A stretch of 49,065 nucleotides of DNA from an uncultured Acidiferrobacterales bacterium (GTDB lineage: Bacteria > Pseudomonadota > Gammaproteobacteria > Acidiferrobacterales > UBA6901), in NCBI GenBank assembly GCA_964368085.1, contig CAYJBG010000003.1:1-49065 (forward strand), given 5' to 3'. Both the position numbers and the translations under genes were made by a program. This document shows, in pieces, positions 44,395 to 49,065 of the stretch; position 1 is the first letter of the stretch, and the number at the start of each line of letters is the position of its first letter. The notes under the pieces were generated by a model. It was not told where the DNA came from and made no database searches. It worked only from the letters and a program-made list of their open reading frames with translations.

Positions 44395-44733
44395 TCATAG
44401 TGAAATGATCTGGTCAGGCATGTTTCCGGAAAGTGCCGCATAGAGATTCGGGAAACAACCGATGACCGCGCCCTCAACCAGTTTTTTGTCGATCTCGCGC
44501 TCGTAACAGCACTGGTCGCAGCCCATCAACAGCATCCCTTTCTTCCTGGCGACCTTGGCCAGCCGCTCACCGATCGGGTCGCCCTTCACGAGCACGTAAT
44601 TGTTATCCTCGAAGAAAAACATGCCTACAACCTCGACACCGTGTTTATCGGCCTCCAATTGCGGCAGGATCATCTTGCCCAATTTGTACGAGACGGTGTG
44701 GCCCTGGGTGGTAAAAATATACGCTACTTTCAC
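44395..44733 (-). CDS. DsrE/DsrF/TusD-like sulfur-relay family protein, 112 aa
   Basis: Its size and layout resemble TusD/DsrE: MKVAYIFT..., VVGMFFFEDNNYV, a Cys-bearing central segment (LLMGCDQCCYEREI) and a C-terminal ..DQIISL. Confidence 0.55.
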   Translation of the reverse strand: MKVAYIFTTQGHTVSYKLGKMILPQLEADKHGVEVVGMFFFEDNNYVLVKGDPIGERLAKVARKKGMLLMGCDQCCYEREIDKKLVEGAVIGCFPNLYAALSGNMPDQIISL

Positions 44734-44832
44734 GGGATATCCTTTGGTTGAGTTAGGGTGCCTTTCAATAATTCGATGTAGGATGAGACGGAGTTTTCGC
44801 CTCGTCTGTTGCGTAGCGCACAGGAAGGCATT

Positions 44833-45780
44833 TCAACGTGCGATCTGGATCACAATCTTGCCGACGGTCCTGCCCTGTTGGCTGTAGGCATGGGCCGCCG
44901 CCAGCTCATTGAGATCAAAGGTACGATCGATCATCGGACGCAGCTTGCTGGCTTCGCACAACCGGGACAGCTCCTCAAGATCGGCACCGCGTGGCTTCAC
45001 CCCCGCGATGCGCACCCGCCGCCGCGATACAAACGGCAACAGAAATGCGGCCGCGATACGACTGGCGGAGGGCAGGCTGGTCACATAGATACCATCTGCA
45101 GCGAGCAGCGCGAGGTGCGGTCGCAGCGGTGAATGTGCAATAAAATCGAGCACCAGATCATACGGCTGCGGACCGCGCAGGTCTGACGTTTGGGTGTAAT
45201 CGATGGTGCGGCCGGCGCCGAGGCGGCGCACAAGCTCCGCATTACGGCCGCTGCACACCGCCGTGACCTCGGCTCCGTAACTCTTGGCGATTTGCACGGC
45301 GAGGTGGCCGACGCCGCCGGAGGCGCCGATGATCAGCACCCGCTTGCCGGACGCGATCCGGCCGAGATCGCGCAGACACTGCAACGCGGTGAGACCGGCG
45401 AGCGGCATCGCCGCCGCCTCTTGCGGCGTCAGGTTCGCGGGCATGCGCGCCGCGGCCTGTTCACCGACCGCTGCGTATTCGGCACTGGTTCCGCCGGGAC
45501 GGCGGTCGAGCATCGCGAAGATGCGATCGCCTGGCTTGAAGCGCGTAACGTGCCCGCCGGTCCCGGTCACCTCGCCGGCAAGATCGAAACCGGGGATCGA
45601 TGGAAAGCGCACCGGCATGATGCGGCGGTACTGGCCGTTGTGCAGCTTCCAGTCCACCGGGTTCACCGATGTCGACAGCACCCGCACCAGCAACTGCGTC
45701 GGCCCCGGGCGCGGCGTCGGCACTTCGGCCGGTTGCAACTGGTCCGGCGTACCGTAATCGCGGTATTGCATCGCCTTCAT
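44833..45780 (-). CDS. NAD(P)H-dependent quinone oxidoreductase / medium-chain dehydrogenase-reductase family protein
   Basis: 315 aa. LLVRVLSTSVNPVDWK and VLIIGASGGVGHLAVQIAK (Rossmann) are Qor-like, zinc-free MDR motifs. Confidence 0.85.
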   Translation of the reverse strand: MKAMQYRDYGTPDQLQPAEVPTPRPGPTQLLVRVLSTSVNPVDWKLHNGQYRRIMPVRFPSIPGFDLAGEVTGTGGHVTRFKPGDRIFAMLDRRPGGTSAEYAAVGEQAAARMPANLTPQEAAAMPLAGLTALQCLRDLGRIASGKRVLIIGASGGVGHLAVQIAKSYGAEVTAVCSGRNAELVRRLGAGRTIDYTQTSDLRGPQPYDLVLDFIAHSPLRPHLALLAADGIYVTSLPSASRIAAAFLLPFVSRRRVRIAGVKPRGADLEELSRLCEASKLRPMIDRTFDLNELAAAHAYSQQGRTVGKIVIQIAR

Positions 45781-45808
45781 GAACAGCGTCCTCTCTGGAT
45801 GGCAGTCA

Positions 45809-45835
45809 GTAGGGTGGGGCCCTGCCCCACCCTAC
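45809..45835. other. Perfect 12-bp GC-rich hairpin, GTAGGGTGGGGC-cct-GCCCCACCCTAC
   Basis: Read directly. It lies 3 nt downstream of the gcvPB stop and 28 nt upstream of the qor-like start. There is no U tract on the minus-strand transcript. Confidence 0.5.
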
Positions 45836-45838
45836 ACT

Positions 45839-47296
45839 TTAAGAAGAAGCGCGCTTCCAGGTGAGGTCCAGTTCGCGCGCCGCCTTGACGTCGTCGAGAC
45901 GCTTGACCGGCAGGGTGTGCGGCGCGCCCTTCACCATGTCCGGCATGGTGCGCGCCTCGTGGGCGATCTCTTCCATGGCCTTGATGAAGCCGTCCAGTTC
46001 TTCCCTGGTTTCAGTCTCGGTCGGTTCGATCAGGAAGCATTCCGGAACGAGCAGCGGGAAGTAGGTGGTCGGGGCGTGGTAGCCCTTGTCGAGCAGGCGC
46101 TTGGCGAAGTCCATGGCGCTGATGCCGGTTTCATCCTTCAGCTTCTTGAGCGTGACGATGAATTCGTGCGTGGCGCGGCGTTTCGGGAACGCAAGATCGA
46201 AACCGCGTTTCTTCAGTTCCGCCAGCATGTAATTGGCGTTGAGCGTGGAGAATTCGGCAACGCGTTGCATGCCTTCACGCCCAAGCAGGCGTGCATAAAT
46301 ATAGGCGCGCAACAGCACCCCGGCATTGCCGAGATGTGCGGACAGGCGGCCGATGGTCTGCGGCTTGTCCTTCTCGGTGAGCAGGTAATAACTGCCGTCC
46401 TTGTTGCGCTCGACAATCGGCACCGGCAGGAACGGCAGCAGTCGTTCGTTCACGCCCACCGGGCCGGCGCCCGGACCGCCGCCGCCGTGCGGCGTGGAGA
46501 AGGTCTTGTGCAGGTTCATGTGGATGACATCGAAACCCATATCGCCCGGTTTCACCTTGCCGAGAATTGCATTCAGGTTCGCGCCGTCGTAATACAGCAA
46601 TCCGCCGGCATCGTGCACCGCCTTCTGCACCTGCTGGATGTCCTTCTCGAACACACCGAGCGTGGACGGGTTGGTAAGCATGAGGCCGGCGGTGTGCGGG
46701 CCGACCGCGGCCTTGAGCAACTCGAGATCGATATCGCCGTTGGCGTCGGTCGGAATCTCGTGCACCGTGTAACCGCACATCACCGCGGTCGCCGGGTTGG
46801 TGCCGTGCGCCGCATCCGGCACCAGAATCTCGGTGCGCGCCGCGTCGCCGCGCGCGTCGTGGTAGGCGCGGATCATGGCGACGCCGGCGAACTCGCCCTG
46901 CGCGCCGGCCATGGGCGTGAGCGACACGGCCTTCATGCCGGTGACTTCCTTGAGCATCTCCTGCAGTTCGTACATGCAGGCGAGAAAGCCCTGGCCTGTG
47001 GATGCGGGCGCGGCCGGATGCCGGCCGAGGAATTGCGGCAGCATGGCGAGCGAGTTGCAGGCGCGCGGGTTGTACTTCATGGTGCACGAGCCGAGCGGAT
47101 AGAACTGGGTGTCAATCGAGAAGTTCTTCTGCGACAGACGCGTGTAGTGACGCACCGCCTGCATCTCCGACACCTCCGGCAGCAACGGGCGTTTGCTGCG
47201 CCGCAGGTTGGCCGGGATGTCCTGCACCTCGGTCTTGACGAGCGGCGCTTGCGAATAGTTGCGGCGGCCGGGTTGAGAGTGTTCAAAAATCAGCAT
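45839..47296 (-). CDS. gcvPB: Glycine dehydrogenase (aminomethyl-transferring) subunit 2
   Basis: 485 aa. [18 protein letters not shown]..., the PLP-Lys region [16 protein letters not shown] and the overall sequence are typical of GcvPB. Confidence 0.92.
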   Translation of the reverse strand: MLIFEHSQPGRRNYSQAPLVKTEVQDIPANLRRSKRPLLPEVSEMQAVRHYTRLSQKNFSIDTQFYPLGSCTMKYNPRACNSLAMLPQFLGRHPAAPASTGQGFLACMYELQEMLKEVTGMKAVSLTPMAGAQGEFAGVAMIRAYHDARGDAARTEILVPDAAHGTNPATAVMCGYTVHEIPTDANGDIDLELLKAAVGPHTAGLMLTNPSTLGVFEKDIQQVQKAVHDAGGLLYYDGANLNAILGKVKPGDMGFDVIHMNLHKTFSTPHGGGGPGAGPVGVNERLLPFLPVPIVERNKDGSYYLLTEKDKPQTIGRLSAHLGNAGVLLRAYIYARLLGREGMQRVAEFSTLNANYMLAELKKRGFDLAFPKRRATHEFIVTLKKLKDETGISAMDFAKRLLDKGYHAPTTYFPLLVPECFLIEPTETETREELDGFIKAMEEIAHEARTMPDMVKGAPHTLPVKRLDDVKAARELDLTWKRASS

Positions 47297-47336
47297 GTTG
47301 CCTTACCTGTTCGAGTCGTTGAACCTGGTTTGCTGC

Positions 47337-47410
47337 CGGAGCGATTCCGCCACTACGCGGCGGAATCACTCCGCAATTATTTCTTTGCGTCCTTTGCGTC
47401 TTTGCGGCAG
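47337..47410. repeat. 15-bp-stem hairpin plus a REP-like TTTGCGTC-unit element
   Basis: CGGAGCGATTCCGCC (47337-51) pairs with GGCGGAATCACTCCG (47359-73), with one mismatch. AATTATTTCTTTGCGTCCTTTGCGTCTTTGCGGCAG (47375-410) is a near-identical inverted copy of 23026-23060. Confidence 0.6.
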
Positions 47411-47425
47411 AAACGCATACAAGTC

Positions 47426-47926
47426 TCACTTCAACGCCGCCAACGCCTTGTCGTAATTCGGCTCCTGCCGGATCTCCGGCACCAGCTCGGTGTACACAAC
47501 CTTGTCGTTCTCATCGATGACCACGATGGCGCGCGCCGTGATGCCCTGATACAGGCCGTCGAGCAGCAGAACGCCGTAGTCTTTGGCAAAATTACGGTCG
47601 CGCATCATCGATAGCGTCTTCACGTTGTGCGTGTTTTCGACGCTGCAGAAGTGCTGTTGCGCGAACGGCAGGTCCGCCGACACCATGATGATCACGGCAT
47701 TCGGGTGCTTGGCCGCGTACTCATTGAACTTGCGGGTCGACAGGGCGCAGGTCGGAGTGTCGATGCTCGGGAAAATATTGAGCAGCTTCTTTTTGCCCCG
47801 GAAATCGGCGAGCGACACGTCGTGCAGGTTCGCATCGGTGAGCCGGAAATCCGGCGCCCGGCTGCCGACCGCGGGCAGCTCGCCGATAGTGTGAACCGGG
47901 TTTCCGCGATGCGTGATATTGGTCAT
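47426..47926 (-). CDS. tpx: Thiol peroxidase (atypical 2-Cys peroxiredoxin)
   Basis: 166 aa. The peroxidatic motif is NIFPSIDTPTCALS, the resolving Cys is in QHFCSVEN, and the conserved Arg is in ITARAIVVIDEND. Confidence 0.9.
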   Translation of the reverse strand: MTNITHRGNPVHTIGELPAVGSRAPDFRLTDANLHDVSLADFRGKKKLLNIFPSIDTPTCALSTRKFNEYAAKHPNAVIIMVSADLPFAQQHFCSVENTHNVKTLSMMRDRNFAKDYGVLLLDGLYQGITARAIVVIDENDKVVYTELVPEIRQEPNYDKALAALK

Positions 47927-47949
47927 GGCAAACCTCGTTGCAGAGTTGG

Positions 47950-48450
47950 CTATTTCAGCGCGGCAAGGGCCCGGTCGTAGTCCGGCTCGACGGTGATCTC
48001 GGGCCCGAGCTGCATGTACAGCACCTTGTCGTTCTCGTCGAGCACCAGAGTCGCGCGTGCGGTGAGGCCCGCGAGCGGGCTGTCGGTCAGCAGCACGCCG
48101 TAGTCCTTGGCGAAGTGTCGGTCGCGCATCATGGACAGCGTCACGACGTTTTTGACGCCTTCTGCCCCGCAGAAACGGGCCTGTGCGAACGGCAGATCAC
48201 ACGATACCACCAGCACCACGACATCGGCGCGGTTCTTGGCGATATCGTTGAAGCGCTTGGTACTGGCGGCGCACACGCCGGTATCGAGCGAGTGCACAAT
48301 GCTGAGCAGTTTCTTCTTGCCCTTGAAATTTGCCAGCGATACTTCCGACAGATCGCCTGCGGTGAGCTTGAAATCGGGCGCTTTACTTCCGACTTTGGGT
48401 AGCTCGCCACTGGTGTGAGCGGGGGTTCCTTTGAACAGGACATCGGCCAT
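47950..48450 (-). CDS. Thiol peroxidase paralogue with His in place of the conserved Pro of the PxxxTxxC motif
   Basis: 166 aa. LSIVHSLDTGVCAAS compares with canonical NIFPSIDTGVCAAS. The resolving Cys (ARFCGAEG) and the Arg (LTARATLVLDEND) are retained. Confidence 0.85.
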   Translation of the reverse strand: MADVLFKGTPAHTSGELPKVGSKAPDFKLTAGDLSEVSLANFKGKKKLLSIVHSLDTGVCAASTKRFNDIAKNRADVVVLVVSCDLPFAQARFCGAEGVKNVVTLSMMRDRHFAKDYGVLLTDSPLAGLTARATLVLDENDKVLYMQLGPEITVEPDYDRALAALK

Positions 48451-48469
48451 GGCATTGTCTCCTTGTGCG

Positions 48470-49065
48470 TCAGGCGCTGGGGGTAACCTTCACGGCGCAC
48501 GGCGGATCGAGCCGGCGTTTGCTGAGAATGCGTTCGAGCTGCAACACATACTTCTCGAAATCGGCGCGGGTGCGGGTTTCGGTGGCGCACACCAGCATGC
48601 ATTCGCCGAGTTCCGGGTAGTCGTGCGCGAGATTGTAACCGGCCAGAATGCCCTGTGCCTCCAGGGCGCGCAGCAGATCGGCAACCGGCTGGTTGACGCG
48701 CACCGCCGCCTCGTGGAACAACGGGCGGTCGAACAGGCGTTCCACGCCATCGACGGCCGTGATGCGTTTCACCAGGTCGTTGGTGTTGGCGTGACACTGC
48801 GCGGCCACGCGCTCCAGTCCCTCCGGTCCAAGCAGCGACATATATATGGTCGCGGCCGTGACCAACAGGCCCTGGTTGGTACAGATGTTGGAAGTCGCCT
48901 TGGAGCGGCGGATGTGTTGCTCACGTGCCTGCAGGGTGAGCGTGAAGCCGGGTTTGCCATCCTTGTCCACGGTGCGGCCGATGATGCGGCCCGGCATCTG
49001 GCGCACGAACTCCTGCTTGCAGGCCATGAAACCGAAGTACGGCCCGCCCGAGGACAGCGGCACGC
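48470..49065 (-). CDS. gcvPA: Glycine dehydrogenase (aminomethyl-transferring) subunit 1, C-terminal part (gene runs off the window)
   Basis: ..[61 protein letters not shown].. is canonical GcvPA. The ORF is open to the window edge. Confidence 0.9.
   Translation of the reverse strand, partial: VPLSSGGPYFGFMACKQEFVRQMPGRIIGRTVDKDGKPGFTLTLQAREQHIRRSKATSNICTNQGLLVTAATIYMSLLGPEGLERVAAQCHANTNDLVKRITAVDGVERLFDRPLFHEAAVRVNQPVADLLRALEAQGILAGYNLAHDYPELGECMLVCATETRTRADFEKYVLQLERILSKRRLDPPCAVKVTPSA

Noticed and set aside
47297-47425. Glycine riboswitch upstream of gcvPB
   Set aside because: The spacer contains only one simple hairpin plus a REP-like unit. Nothing resembles the conserved tandem glycine aptamer core. 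Any gcv leader would be expected upstream of gcvT/gcvPA, which is outside the window.
45779-47614. 611-aa ORF on the plus strand
   Set aside because: It is antisense to gcvPB and tpx. Its composition is Arg/Ala/Gly-rich and it has no recognisable domain. It is a shadow ORF.

Overview
49-kb segment of a high-GC (roughly two-thirds G+C by eye) proteobacterial chromosome, probably Beta- or Gammaproteobacteria. About 47 protein genes are supportable. I found no rRNA, tRNA, CRISPR array, integrase or transposase.

Most of the window is metabolic or housekeeping:
- (i) A malonate locus: malonyl-CoA decarboxylase, a TRAP transporter and a divergent malonyl-CoA synthetase. A maleate-isomerase-like gene sits between them, flanked by two gene remnants.
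- (ii) A second organic-acid locus: YdiJ-like FAD/Fe-S dehydrogenase, DUF2848, class-V aminotransferase, second TRAP system, crotonase and family-III CoA-transferase.
- (iii) lgt and rlmI.
- (iv) An envelope and metal block: ArnT-like glycosyltransferase, ZnuA/ZnuB-like ABC parts without an ATPase, a beta-barrel OMP, a small CxxC protein and two divergent PAP2 phosphatases.
- (v) YyaL-like, PfkB kinase, DsrE-like and Qor genes, then gcvPA/gcvPB split by two tandem tpx genes.

The less ordinary parts are:
- (a) 36.3-40.9 kb: an operon of exported proteins and lipoproteins of no family I can name, including a 585-aa lipoprotein built from three copies of a ~180-aa module and a beta-helix lipoprotein interrupted by a frameshift at a C4 run. 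It lies behind a regulator-dense stretch (1060-aa STAND ATPase with a C-terminal SARP module, a 58-aa ORF missing from the track, and Crp/Fnr).
- (b) 20.3-22.1 kb: an output-less dCache-HAMP sensor next to a DUF4388-like protein.
- (c) The left edge: a divergent XRE / CsrA-like::HTH pair with palindromic operators, next to a low-GC bacterial PH-domain gene.
- (d) Two dispersed REP-like repeat families.

All family calls come from motif recognition by eye. No searches were run. CDS starts were trimmed from the ORF track using GC3, SD motifs and homology logic.
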